This document shows, one piece after another, positions 28,887 to 39,318 of a stretch of DNA of 64,000 bases. Numbering within the stretch: position 1 is the first letter of the stretch; every line of letters begins with the position of its first letter. The stretch covers positions 4,814,653 to 4,878,652 of the forward strand of contig OY764073.1 in assembly GCA_963668035.1 (NCBI GenBank), given 5' to 3'. A program made the translations under genes and the position numbers. Origin of the DNA: Candidatus Poribacteria bacterium (GTDB lineage: Bacteria; Poribacteria; WGA-4E; WGA-3G). A model generated the notes under the pieces. The model searched no databases and was not told the DNA's origin. It saw only the letters and a list, made by a program, of their open reading frames with translations.

Positions 28887-30491
28887 CTATTTCGCTGTTG
28901 CACTAAACCCAGTCTCTTTAACGATGTTCGCGAGATCGTTCACGGTAGCGGTGTTTTTTCGGACCTTAATGACGGCTTGATCGGGGAGAGAAACTTCAAC
29001 ACTGATAACGCTCTGGTGATGTGTAAGTGCATCCTGCACTTTTGCGACACACGCCCCTCACGTCATGCCTGAGACGACCAGAGCCACCTCTTCGCTTCCT
29101 GCGGGTTCAATCGGCACAGACATAAAGGCGTTCAAGAGTTTACCGGAAGCGGTATCAAATATCCGAACCTTTCCGTCAAACCCGCCTGTGGCGAGCTGTT
29201 TGCCATCCGGGTGGAACGCGACTGCGAAAACCCCGACTGCATCGCCTTGCATTGAGGCGATCCGCGTCCCATTTGCTACGTTGTAGATACGCGCTTCGCC
29301 GCCCGCGCAGCCGGTAGCCAATTGACTGCCATCCGCCGAAAACGCAACACCTTCAATTGAACCGGATTGCGCTTCATAGGCGCGGATGAGATTAAAATCT
29401 GTATTGCCGACATCTCTCCGTATTTCACGGAAGATTTTGTAGAGCCGCGGTATCCGGTCTTCACCTGCACTTAAAACCTGGTCTGCAGTCGGGTGTCGTG
29501 CGATGGTATTGATTTCGCCGTAGCCTTTGTTGCTGGAGTTGATGTCATCAACAAAAGAGCCTGTGTCTACTTCGACCAATTTGAGGGCAGTATCACGGCC
29601 AGCACTCACGAAATGTGAGCCATCAACAGAAAAGATTGTCCCGAAAACCCAATCGCTGTGATTATCGAATTTAATAAGTTCTTTTTCATCTTCAACGGAT
29701 AGGACCCGGACTGTTTGATCGGAGCATCCGAAAGCGACACGACTGGCATCGGGTGAGAAGGAGAGTCCGTAAATCGTATCATAGCTGGAACGCATCGCTT
29801 TGATGAGGGTATTCGTTGCGGTATCCCAGAGTTGGACTTCACCAAATTGTGCGGCGGATCCGCCTGCTACGCCTAATATTTTTCCATCTGCCGTATAGAT
29901 TAGTGATTCGATGCGACGCGCTTTCCCAACCAATCGCGCTTTGGGTTCAAAATGGACTGTGTCATACAATAAAACTTCGCGGACACCTGACACTGCAAGC
30001 GTGCTGCCATCGGGTGAGTATGCCAGGGCAGTAACCAGCGGCGGGACGATGTAAGTAGGATAGTTTCCGTCTCCTATATCGTCGACTTCGGCGGGTGTGT
30101 CGTCGTTCGCGCCTTCAAGGATCCAACGCCGAAAGAGTTCGACCTCTTCTGGAGAGAGAGGTTCTTGATTTTGTGGCATCGCGGGTTCGTCCCCGGAGAT
30201 GAGTTCAATGAGGAGGCTTTCATCGGGTTTCCCTGGAAGGATCGCATCCCCTGCCATTCCGCCGCGCTTGAGATCCGCGTAATTCGTGACAATCAGGTCA
30301 CCGCTCGGTTCACCGGGGTGGTGGCAGCCTTGACAACTCCGTTTGAGAATTGGGACGATCTGTGAATGGTAGCTGACGGGTGCCGCTGCGCCGTGATTGT
30401 CTGCCGTTACAACAAGCGGGACCCATACGATAAGGAAACCGAGTAAGGACACTGCTAAATGGATCGTAAACTTTGATTGCGATATTTTCAT
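28887..30491 (-). CDS. candidate selenoprotein: planctomycete-type cytochrome c domain + beta-propeller + C-terminal HMA domain with UGA (Sec) at the first Cys of the GMTCxxC motif
   Basis: CQGCHH haem motif and WD40-like repeats. The ORF ends ...VALVVSGMT at TGA 29058-29060, then continues in frame with GACVAKVQDAL...ETGFSATAK to TAG 28887-28889. A SECIS-like hairpin follows the TGA. ATG 30491 is preferred as the start (signal-anchor MKISQSKF...). Confidence 0.75.
29019..29052 (-). promoter_or_regulatory. SECIS-like hairpin downstream of UGA 29060-29058
   Basis: The mRNA reads GUGUGU-CGCAA-AAGUGCA-GGA-UGCACUU-ACACAU: a 7-bp apical stem with a GGA loop, plus a 6-bp lower stem. The loop lies ~26 nt after the U of UGA. 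Confidence 0.6.
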
Positions 30492-30706
30492 GTTGTTAAG
30501 ACCCTCTACAAAAAGGTTATCGGGCTTACAAAGCCCTCCTACAATAGCAAACTCGCCAAAAGTGTCGTTGTTAGTATACTTTAGCAATAATTATATCACA
30601 ATTTCATGACGAAATTCAAGAAAATTAATCTGAATCAGGATTTACTGGGGAAAATTCGATCGAAAAATGGACAATTGAATGGCTTCGGCACACATTCTGT
30701 TTTTGG

Positions 30707-30735
30707 TTGACACGTTTTGAAAAATAAGGTATACT
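30707..30735 (+). promoter_or_regulatory. candidate sigma70 promoter TTGACA-N17-TATACT
   Basis: Near-consensus hexamers ~60 nt upstream of the yceI-like start. Confidence 0.5.
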
Positions 30736-30796
30736 TTTTTTGTCTGATAGACGTATATCTTTACTTAAACTTCACAATAAAAAAGGAGATTTTTCA

Positions 30797-31414
30797 ATGA
30801 AAACGAATTTAGGATGGAATTTACGTCCCTTCTATATTGCAAGTCTTGTGCTTTTATTCGTCATTGGCTTTGTTGGAATTACGCAACCTATGGGTATGGC
30901 GTTGTATGAAATTGATACTACGCATTCAATGATAATTTTTCGCGCAAAACATAATAACGTTAGCTACAATTACGGCAGATTCAACGAATTCACCGGTAGT
31001 ATCACGATAGGCTCAGATGTGAGGCCTCATTCTGAGAGCATGGTGGAATTTGAGGTCAAGGCAGCAAGTGTTGATACCGGCAACGAAAAACGCGATCAGC
31101 ATCTCAGAAGTTCTGACTTCTTCAGTGCGAAACAGTTTCCTGTAATTACCTTCAAAAGCACGGAAGTCAGCACGAAGGGAGGCGAAGAGGACGTGCTGGG
31201 GGTCACAGGCGACCTTGAGTTACACGGTGTTAAAAAATCGATCACGATAGATGTAGAAATCACGGGCAGAGCGAAAGGGAAGCAGGGTGAATCCCTTATC
31301 GGCTTTGAGACCACCTTTACGATTAAGCGGAGCGAATTCGGCATGACTTACGGCATTGGCCCCGTCAGCGATGACATCCAAATCACTGTCAGTGTTGAAG
31401 CGAAACATGAATAA
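30797..31414 (+). CDS. YceI-family polyisoprenoid-binding periplasmic protein
   Basis: YEIDTTHSMIIFRAKH, VDTGNEKRDQHLRSSDFF and GDLELHGVKKSITIDV. ATG 30797 follows AAGGAG. Confidence 0.85.
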   Translation: MKTNLGWNLRPFYIASLVLLFVIGFVGITQPMGMALYEIDTTHSMIIFRAKHNNVSYNYGRFNEFTGSITIGSDVRPHSESMVEFEVKAASVDTGNEKRDQHLRSSDFFSAKQFPVITFKSTEVSTKGGEEDVLGVTGDLELHGVKKSITIDVEITGRAKGKQGESLIGFETTFTIKRSEFGMTYGIGPVSDDIQITVSVEAKHE

Positions 31415-31426
31415 GCCAGTCTAACG

Positions 31427-32335
31427 ATGTTAATATTCAAACAACTTGTTTTGGGTTTACTCCTACCGGCTATCGTTAGCGGTGGAATCCTGATATATGC
31501 AAAATCGCGTGCTTCGAAAAAAAAGGACAAACGGACCGAAGCGGGAGAAGGTCTGCCTTTGGGCTGGCTCGTTGCTGTCGCATTGAGTGCTGGGTATATC
31601 GTTGGGTATATCGGTTTAGAAGGATTGCCGCCGTTTCCACCACGGGAAGGTGTACATTGGCTCTGCTATCTCGCGCTCATCGGGCTTATTTTAGGCACTT
31701 TTAGGCACTTCGCGCTGTGGGGACGTTTGGTTGTACAGGTAGCACTGTCGATTCTGATACCACGGCTCCTTTTGCATTCAACCTTTAAGTGGACGTGGGG
31801 ACCCGTTGAAGGCATTATCTGGTGGGTGTGCCTCGCCGCTGCCCTTTTTATTTTTTTCAATATCGTTCAACAGAGTTTTACGATTTTGCCCGCGGGTGGT
31901 TCGAGTCCGTTCGTCTATTTCGGTCTCTTCGGCGGCACCGCGCTAATCCTTGCGGTCTCTGGCAGTTTGCGGTTGGCACAACACGGCGGCGTTTTAGTCG
32001 CAATTTTCGCTGTGAGTTGGAGTATTACGCTTATTGGACAGCACGCTGATAACAGATGGCGCGTCCTTCCGATCGGTGCATCCCCGGTTGTGGCACTTTT
32101 ACTTGCTGGCATCTGGATGAACGGATATTTTTACGAAGAGGTCCCTGCGGCGAGTGCTATCCTGTTATTTCTCTCGTTATTCTTAGCACCTATCGGACGG
32201 ATAGCGGCGGTTCAACGACTCGGCGCGCGGCGTTCTACGATTGTCCAGATAGCAGCCATAGCTTTGCCTGTCGTTATCGCAATCAGTATTGCCGTTGCGC
32301 GTTCCGGCCTCTTTGGTGAAAGCACTGGCTACTAA
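31427..32335 (+). CDS. hypothetical polytopic membrane protein
   Basis: About 8 hydrophobic segments. No family was recognised. Confidence 0.55.
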   Translation: MLIFKQLVLGLLLPAIVSGGILIYAKSRASKKKDKRTEAGEGLPLGWLVAVALSAGYIVGYIGLEGLPPFPPREGVHWLCYLALIGLILGTFRHFALWGRLVVQVALSILIPRLLLHSTFKWTWGPVEGIIWWVCLAAALFIFFNIVQQSFTILPAGGSSPFVYFGLFGGTALILAVSGSLRLAQHGGVLVAIFAVSWSITLIGQHADNRWRVLPIGASPVVALLLAGIWMNGYFYEEVPAASAILLFLSLFLAPIGRIAAVQRLGARRSTIVQIAAIALPVVIAISIAVARSGLFGESTGY

Positions 32336-32417
32336 AGTGCGAACATAAAACTGGAAGCGTTTGTCTAAATATTGGGGTTATATTATTTATGGAGAGAACA
32401 ACGACCGGAGGAAAAAA

Positions 32418-35400
32418 ATGAATTTGATAGGTCATATAAATTTTGGTATAACTTGCAAGCCGAAACTTGCTGTCCAAAAACTTGCCATCGTAGGTCTGCT
32501 TGGTATCGTGTTGCTTATTAACGGCTGCGTTAAGATGGAGGCGACGCGGAAAGCGGATTGGGAAACACATTTCACGGATGTCCACTTCGTCAACCACAAA
32601 CAGGGGTGGATTGTCGGGGAGGGTGGCCTGATAATTCATACGGCAGATGGCGGAAAGACATGGAAACAACAAGAGGTCGATACAACAAGTCCAGGCTTTC
32701 GTATGCCTGATGCTTCATTGGACTTCAAAGCGGTTTATTTTACAAACGTGAACTACGGTTGGGCGGTCGGCGATGAAGGGTTAGTCGCAACAACGGACGA
32801 TGGTGGTAGGCATTGGACATTGCAAAAGAGCGGTTCCTCCGCTATGCTCTTGGATGTCTTTTTTGTGAACTCAAAAGAGGGTTGGATTGTTGGCGAAGAC
32901 TCGGATGTCCTCTATACCAAAAACGGCGGAAAAGCATGGCAACGCTACGAGTATGTTAGCGAATTTATGCTTAATGGGGTTTGGTTCGTTGATAAGTCAA
33001 ACGGATGGGTTGTGGGTACACACGATAGAATTTTCCACACGCAAACGGGTGGCAAAGCGTGGCGAGAACAGAGCAACCGTTTTGAAGGCGAACGCGACCG
33101 GATGATCAATGATAACAAGCAGGTCTTTTTCGTCAGCGATAATGAAGGGTGGATTGTCGGGAGTGACGGCTCTATCTTTCACACGACGACCGCGGGTGCG
33201 AACTGGGAACGTCAAGATAGTCGGATCCCGCTGATTAATGGACACGTCCGAGATACCATCAATAGCATCCATTTCACAGATGAAAACTACGGTATCGCCG
33301 TAGCGGATGTCGGTTTTATCACACGCACCGAAGATGGGGGCGACAATTGGCAATTGATGGAGAGTGGTACGGAAAACAATTTAACCGGAATCCAGTTCAC
33401 AACGCCTACAGAGGCCTGGGCAGTCGGATGGTACGGGACTATTTTACACACGACGGATGCGGGCGCGACATGGGAGATGACGAGCGGTACGACAGCGAAT
33501 GACCTTCAGAATGTCCAATTTACCGATGCCAACCGCGCGATCGCTGTTGGCAGACGCGGTACGATGGCGATGAGCAACGATGGCGGGCAAACGTGGAACG
33601 AGATTGAAACGGATATCTGGGACGGTATTTGGAACATCTATTTCGCAACCGACAAACACGGGTGGGCAGTCGGTGAGCGTGGACTTATCGTTCATACCGA
33701 CGATGGCGGTGCAACCTGGGAGCGTCAGCGCGGGCCTTCCGCCTTTCCGCTGCGTTCTGTGCATTTCGTGAGTCCTAAGGTCGGCTGGATCGTTGGGGAT
33801 CTCGGGACGATTATACACACGATGGATGGCGGCAACACGTGGCTGCCACAGACCGCCATAGGCGATTTTCTCTCTGTGATGCTCAAGGGCGTATTTTTTC
33901 TCGATGAAAAGCGGGGTTGGGCTATCGGGTGGCCCGGTGTTTGTCTTGCGACAGAAGATGGCGGTTTGACGTGGAACCAACAGACGACCGGCACCTTTAA
34001 TGAACTCTACGCTGTCTACTTCGCAAATCAGAATACCGGTTGGATTGTCGGGCAATTTGGCGAGATTTTATATACGAAAAACGGCGGTAAAAAATGGAAT
34101 TTCCAACGTAGCGGCACGCAAGAGAATCTGAATAAACTCTATTTTGCGGATACACAGCACGGTTTAATCGTTGGGGACAACGGCGTGATGCTTACGACCA
34201 TTAACGGCGGCAAAAAGTGGGAAATGCAGGAAAGTGGAACCGACAATGACCTTTACGGGTTAGCACTCTCGCCTGATGGCGTTGTCGCTGTCGGTAAAGG
34301 CGGGATTGCGATGCGGTATTCGGTAGACGAGGCAGAATTGCCCGCCAAATTACCGCCTGTCGCCGAAGAACCCGAAATCGTCGCTGCCGAAGAAGAGGCT
34401 CCGGTTGAACCCGTTGCTTACCATTGGGATATTATCCGTCAGGCGGCTTGGAGAACCGACTTTGCAGATACGCATTTTGTAGATACCCAAAACGGTTGGG
34501 CAGTCGGTTCGGGGGGTGTCATCGCGCATACCACAGACGGTGGAAAGACATGGCTCCCGCAACATAGCGGTGTCAGTGAAAATTTACGCGAAGTGGAATT
34601 CGTTGATGCGAAACACGGAAGAGTCCTCGGTGCTGGCACTTTACTCCAGACAGAAAACGGTGGTGAAACGTGGCAGCCGATTCTTCAAGCCACCAAGCAA
34701 AACCTTCCGCGTGTGAGCAGCATGCACTTCCTGAATGCCCAAGAGGGATGGCTCGGGGCGACAATAGGGCAGATACTGCACACGACTGATGGCGGTAAGA
34801 CGTGGGAAATTCAGAAAACCGGGACGACAATGGCAAACATTACCGACATCCATTTTATTAACAGTCAAGTTGGATGGGCTGTGACCCCTCAACGTCGAGA
34901 CGGGGGATTTATTCTCCACACTGTTGACGGGGGTGCCTACTGGAAAATTCAGGCAAAAACCAACCAGCCCGGTGTCGCCGTCCACTTTGCCGATGAAACG
35001 CATGGCTGGGTGATTCTCGGTAACGGGAACTCCTTATTGACTGAAGATGGCGGCGAAACGTGGAAATTGCAAATCACGTCACAAAGCACGCGTGGTTTGC
35101 GACGTGTTACTTTCCGTTCTCATACCAAGGCGTGGGGACTCGGGGGTGACGGTGCGTATATCACTGAGGACCAAGGGGTAAATTGGAAGCCAGTCTCTGT
35201 TGCCACAACAGCGGAGCTGCTCGCTATGAAAGAAACCGAAGCCCCTGCACCAGAAGCAGATAAATCGGAGACAGAGGGTGTAGAGGGCCCCACGTTACAG
35301 TATGACGAGACCCCGGAGGAAATACAAAATCGGCGGCGCGCAGAGCGGCAGCGTCCGGGCAATCTCGCCCCAGAAGGCACACTTCCACCGAATACCGAAC

Positions 35401-36494
35401 GCGCGAATCCGCCACCAGCACGGCAACAACAGCCGCCACCGCCCCCTGAACCTCGGAGACGGTTTAGACGCGGCGGACAGCGAGTCGCCAGTGTATATTT
35501 CCTTGATGCGGAACACGCTTGGGCAGTTGGTAGCGCGGGCAGTATCTATTACTCCGAAAATGGCGGTAAAACCTGGGAACGTCAACTCGGTGAACAGGAG
35601 CGCAACGACTTCCGCGAGGTGCTTTTCTACGATGATAAGAATGGTTGGATAGCGGGCAGCGGCGGCATGCTATTGGAAACCCAAGACGGTGGAGCGACCT
35701 GGAACAAACTTCCAAGTCAAACGCGCCAACGCCTCATCGGCATCCACTTTGCAAGTTTGGAACCGAAATGGGGTTGGGCAATGCAACAGGATGGGACTGT
35801 GTTGTATACCACGGATGGCAACATCTGGACAGCGGGAGACACGCCTGAACGTCCACCGTTTATGGAAGGCGATCCGCCGGGCAATTTCTCACTAAACGAC
35901 GTTGCTTTCGGTAAATTTTCTGAAGGCTGGGCGGTCGGTCGATTCGGAGACATCATCCACAACAAAGACGGGGGTCCGACGTGGACGCTGCAGCGGACGA
36001 CTGCGAATGACACGCTCAGAAGCACAGATATGAAATTCGCGCCCCTCGGTTGGGCAGTCGGGCAAGGCGGTGTCACCCAGCGAACCATTAACGGGGGTCA
36101 ATATTGGCGGATGCATGAAACCAAGACGACCTACGATCTCAACGCGGTCTCATTTATCACCAAGCGGAAAGGCTGGGCAGCGGGTGAGGCTGGCATCGTG
36201 CTCAAAACGACCGATGGTGGTTTTGCATGGCAACCTATATTGACGGGTGTTCCCAAAGACCTTCACGGCATCGTTGCGATCTCCGAGCAGGAGGTCTATG
36301 CGGTTGGTGACGAAGGAACGATTGTCCGCTCAACCGACAGCGGTGAAACGTGGGAACAGGAGCATACGGATATAGATAATAACTTGTATGTTATCACGCG
36401 TTCTAAAGACGGTAAAGCGTTGTGGGTCGTTGGACAGTGGGGTGTCGTGCTCCGTCGGAAGTTGGAGACGCAGGAGAAGATGTCAATGCGGTAA
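32418..36494 (+). CDS. giant multi-propeller BNR/Asp-box (Ycf48-like) repeat protein
   Basis: Dozens of T.DGG.TW Asp-box units spread over several propeller-sized blocks, plus a Pro/Arg-rich linker QQQPPPPPEPRRRFRRGG. ATG 32418 follows GGAGG. Confidence 0.75.
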   Translation: MNLIGHINFGITCKPKLAVQKLAIVGLLGIVLLINGCVKMEATRKADWETHFTDVHFVNHKQGWIVGEGGLIIHTADGGKTWKQQEVDTTSPGFRMPDASLDFKAVYFTNVNYGWAVGDEGLVATTDDGGRHWTLQKSGSSAMLLDVFFVNSKEGWIVGEDSDVLYTKNGGKAWQRYEYVSEFMLNGVWFVDKSNGWVVGTHDRIFHTQTGGKAWREQSNRFEGERDRMINDNKQVFFVSDNEGWIVGSDGSIFHTTTAGANWERQDSRIPLINGHVRDTINSIHFTDENYGIAVADVGFITRTEDGGDNWQLMESGTENNLTGIQFTTPTEAWAVGWYGTILHTTDAGATWEMTSGTTANDLQNVQFTDANRAIAVGRRGTMAMSNDGGQTWNEIETDIWDGIWNIYFATDKHGWAVGERGLIVHTDDGGATWERQRGPSAFPLRSVHFVSPKVGWIVGDLGTIIHTMDGGNTWLPQTAIGDFLSVMLKGVFFLDEKRGWAIGWPGVCLATEDGGLTWNQQTTGTFNELYAVYFANQNTGWIVGQFGEILYTKNGGKKWNFQRSGTQENLNKLYFADTQHGLIVGDNGVMLTTINGGKKWEMQESGTDNDLYGLALSPDGVVAVGKGGIAMRYSVDEAELPAKLPPVAEEPEIVAAEEEAPVEPVAYHWDIIRQAAWRTDFADTHFVDTQNGWAVGSGGVIAHTTDGGKTWLPQHSGVSENLREVEFVDAKHGRVLGAGTLLQTENGGETWQPILQATKQNLPRVSSMHFLNAQEGWLGATIGQILHTTDGGKTWEIQKTGTTMANITDIHFINSQVGWAVTPQRRDGGFILHTVDGGAYWKIQAKTNQPGVAVHFADETHGWVILGNGNSLLTEDGGETWKLQITSQSTRGLRRVTFRSHTKAWGLGGDGAYITEDQGVNWKPVSVATTAELLAMKETEAPAPEADKSETEGVEGPTLQYDETPEEIQNRRRAERQRPGNLAPEGTLPPNTERANPPPARQQQPPPPPEPRRRFRRGGQRVASVYFLDAEHAWAVGSAGSIYYSENGGKTWERQLGEQERNDFREVLFYDDKNGWIAGSGGMLLETQDGGATWNKLPSQTRQRLIGIHFASLEPKWGWAMQQDGTVLYTTDGNIWTAGDTPERPPFMEGDPPGNFSLNDVAFGKFSEGWAVGRFGDIIHNKDGGPTWTLQRTTANDTLRSTDMKFAPLGWAVGQGGVTQRTINGGQYWRMHETKTTYDLNAVSFITKRKGWAAGEAGIVLKTTDGGFAWQPILTGVPKDLHGIVAISEQEVYAVGDEGTIVRSTDSGETWEQEHTDIDNNLYVITRSKDGKALWVVGQWGVVLRRKLETQEKMSMR

Positions 36495-36557
36495 CATGGA
36501 GGCACTCATGGCATCTATTGCAGCAAGAACTTATCTGACATAGGAAGTTTTTAATAC

Positions 36558-37526
36558 ATGAAATCAAAATCCAGCAAAGCATTACTTATTTCAGTCCTGT
36601 TGCATCTCGGTGTTGGGGTGCTTGGGTTTTTCTATTGGTTTGGTACGGCTCCGATGAAAGAATCTGAGCGTATCGACGCGCTCTTTGTTCGGGAAGAAAA
36701 GCCGAAAGTTAGACGTGTAACGCCCCCGAAACGTGCGCAAATTGTGCAAAAAAGGACAAACACTGTGAGTCAGCAACGTCTCAAAATCCTTACGAGTAAC
36801 GCGCCTGTCAGCAGTCGCGGCGTGGTTTCCGCAGCCGAGCCTGCACCCTTTCAGCAGTTCGATAGCAACGATCTGAGCGAACCGATTGGTCCCACTGCAA
36901 CATCTGTCGAATTTGACAATGTGCCCCGTGTCCAAAAAGTGATTGAACGTCCTTTTGTAAAACCAGAGAAAGTCGAAACCCGCCACAAAAGTAGATTAGT
37001 GAAGTTCATTGAAGCACAAGAGGGACCCCAAAGGATCGTTTATTGTGTGGATTTGTCAACGAGTATGCAGAACCTACCGCCGCACAAACTCAAGAAGATT
37101 ATAGACCTCATGCGGGATTCGCTCACTTTCCTTGAGCCACACGATAATTTCAATATTGTTGCATTTAGTACGGAACTGATTGTCTATCAGACAGGCTTTA
37201 TACCTGTGACGGCGGAGGCTGTATCCGCATCGTCAGATTATCTTGCAGACATCCAATCCCACATCCATACAAAAGGCACCGATCACGATATGCTAACGAC
37301 ACTGACAGAAACCGCGAAGACGGATCCCACCCTTGTCGTTCTTTTTAGCGATGGAATTCCTACCACTATTGAGGGTCCGGATCTGACGCTCGTCGGTCAA
37401 TATGCCACAGGCAACGGACGCATTTTTGCTATGGGGATCGGGATGTCTCCCAATTTTCCCGGGGCAGTTATGTTGAAGCAGTTGGCGACGGTGAGTGAAG
37501 GCGATCTCTGGCTCGTTGATAGGTAG
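36558..37526 (+). CDS. membrane-anchored von Willebrand factor type A (vWA) domain protein
   Basis: N-terminal TM helix ALLISVLLHLGVGVLGFFYWF, MIDAS-like VYCVDLSTSM, and NIVAFST...VVLFSDG. Confidence 0.7.
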   Translation: MKSKSSKALLISVLLHLGVGVLGFFYWFGTAPMKESERIDALFVREEKPKVRRVTPPKRAQIVQKRTNTVSQQRLKILTSNAPVSSRGVVSAAEPAPFQQFDSNDLSEPIGPTATSVEFDNVPRVQKVIERPFVKPEKVETRHKSRLVKFIEAQEGPQRIVYCVDLSTSMQNLPPHKLKKIIDLMRDSLTFLEPHDNFNIVAFSTELIVYQTGFIPVTAEAVSASSDYLADIQSHIHTKGTDHDMLTTLTETAKTDPTLVVLFSDGIPTTIEGPDLTLVGQYATGNGRIFAMGIGMSPNFPGAVMLKQLATVSEGDLWLVDR

Positions 37527-37533
37527 GGCTAAC

Positions 37534-39318
37534 ATGCATGAATCCAGTCTCACCCGTGCTGAAAACATTGCCAAAGGGTTGTATCCACACCAAATAGAAG
37601 GGATCGCTTTTCTGCTCGGTCGTCGGCGCGCGCTCCTCGCTGATGATATGGGACTCGGCAAAACGCGTCAATCGGTAATTGCGATGGTTGAGGCGGAAGC
37701 AGAGGGTCTCTATCTTGTGATCTGTCCTGCTTCTGTCAAACGGAACTGGTCTCGCGAAATCCAGATTGTTTTCCCGGCAGCCGAACCTGTTATCGTTGGG
37801 CCCGCCCCGCTCCCAGCAACGGATTTCCGGGGCTGGGTTATCATCAACTATGAGATCCTTGGTAAGCATCTGGAGGACCTGCTGACATATCAATGGAAAG
37901 GCGTTGTTTTTGACGAGGCGCATTACCTGAAAAATCACCGGAGTCAACGGAGCCGGAACGCCGCTAAACTGGTAAAAGCGATCCAGCATGAACCCGTAGT
38001 CCACGCGTTAACTGGAACACCGATGACAAACCGTCCCCGCGACCTTTTCCCACTATTACAGTTGATGAACCACCCACTCGGTAAGAGTTTCCTCAGCTTT
38101 GCGAAACGCTATTGTGATGCGTATCAAGGGGATTTTGGCTTGGTGGCAGATGGTGCAAGCAATATTGAGGAATTAACCGTGCAGCTCCATGGGGTGATGT
38201 TACGGCGCACCAAAAACGAGGTATTAGATCTCCCACCTAAGGTGCGAACATGGTTGGACATTGAACTTCACCCTTACGCGATTCAACATTTCAACAACGC
38301 CGTCCGAGAATTCCTAACGAAGTTTGACGCGCCTGAACCCATAGATACAATAGGGAATCAGCCAGAAAACATGGAGCGGCGACAAGCAGTTGGTCGGTTA
38401 ACGACAGCGCGTCGAAAACTGGCATTTGCCAAATGCCGACACACAATCAAATTTGTGGAAAACGCCTTGGAACAGGGTGAAAAGGTGATTCTTTTTACGA
38501 CTTTCCTCAATACGCTGGAGCGTTTTCACAAACACTTCGGCGACCGCGCCGTTTATGTCTTTGGAGAGGTTCCGGCGGAAGAGCGGCAAAACCGTGTCGA
38601 TCGGTTTCAGAACGATGAAACCGTGAGGCTTTTCATTGCGAACATGCACGTCGCGGGTGTAGGCATCAACTTGACGGCTGGTCGGCAGGTTGTTTTTAAC
38701 GATTTAGATTGGGTGCCTGCGAACCACTGGCAGGCAGAGGATCGCGCCTATCGGATCGGCCAGACAGGAACGGTCAACGTCACCTATATGATCGCGCGTG
38801 GCACGGTGGACGAATTTGTGAAGACCGTATTAGAGACAAAAGCTGCGCTGATGGATGCGCTCGTTGAAGGTAAACTTCTGATACCTGGTGAAGATGGCGC
38901 GTTGCAACCGGATGTGCTCAGTGAACTCAAGCGGATGATGAATGCGCTCTCCGTACATGTTGATGAAGTTGAAGAGCCGCAGCTGCTGGATATGCTCCAA
39001 AAAGCGAGCGAGGCGTATCTTGAAGAAAACGCGTCACAGCTCCGTGAAGCAACACGTGCGCAGCTGCGTCCGTATTCCGAAGAAGCCATCCGCACCTTAG
39101 CACAAGTGCTCGCGGGGCCCGAGCGGAGTGTCTATCATGCCGAGAGTTCATCACAGAAAGGTAAGTTCTATACATTGGAGGTTGTCGGTACAGATATAAC
39201 GTGCGATTGTCCGGGCTTCACGCACCGTGGCAGTTGCCGACACGTCCGTCCCTTGAAATCCGCCCTCGTTGCGGACAAACCTTTGCCAGCGGCGTATCAA
39301 AAAGTTTTTCCAGATTAG
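37534..39318 (+). CDS. SNF2-family helicase/translocase with C-terminal SWIM zinc finger
   Basis: LYPHQIEGIAFLL, LADDMGLGKT, VFDEAHYLKN, QAEDRAYRIGQ, and SWIM CDCPGFTHRGSCRH. Confidence 0.85.
   Translation: MHESSLTRAENIAKGLYPHQIEGIAFLLGRRRALLADDMGLGKTRQSVIAMVEAEAEGLYLVICPASVKRNWSREIQIVFPAAEPVIVGPAPLPATDFRGWVIINYEILGKHLEDLLTYQWKGVVFDEAHYLKNHRSQRSRNAAKLVKAIQHEPVVHALTGTPMTNRPRDLFPLLQLMNHPLGKSFLSFAKRYCDAYQGDFGLVADGASNIEELTVQLHGVMLRRTKNEVLDLPPKVRTWLDIELHPYAIQHFNNAVREFLTKFDAPEPIDTIGNQPENMERRQAVGRLTTARRKLAFAKCRHTIKFVENALEQGEKVILFTTFLNTLERFHKHFGDRAVYVFGEVPAEERQNRVDRFQNDETVRLFIANMHVAGVGINLTAGRQVVFNDLDWVPANHWQAEDRAYRIGQTGTVNVTYMIARGTVDEFVKTVLETKAALMDALVEGKLLIPGEDGALQPDVLSELKRMMNALSVHVDEVEEPQLLDMLQKASEAYLEENASQLREATRAQLRPYSEEAIRTLAQVLAGPERSVYHAESSSQKGKFYTLEVVGTDITCDCPGFTHRGSCRHVRPLKSALVADKPLPAAYQKVFPD

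Noticed and set aside
28875-29072. A 65-aa plus-strand ORF in the apparent gap downstream of the 509-aa minus-strand ORF.
   Set aside because: The minus strand here encodes an in-frame, well-formed HMA domain continuing past the UGA. The plus-strand ORF is its antisense shadow.
31890-31915. A GGTTCGAGTCC string resembling a tRNA T-loop.
   Set aside because: The flanking bases do not form a T-stem, and no acceptor or anticodon arms can be drawn. It lies inside a membrane-protein ORF.
35200-35470. The Pro/Arg-rich low-complexity stretch considered as a frameshift or fusion artefact joining two genes.
   Set aside because: The reading frame is continuous, with BNR/Asp-box repeats of the same type on both sides. 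I treat it as a linker, pending read-level verification.
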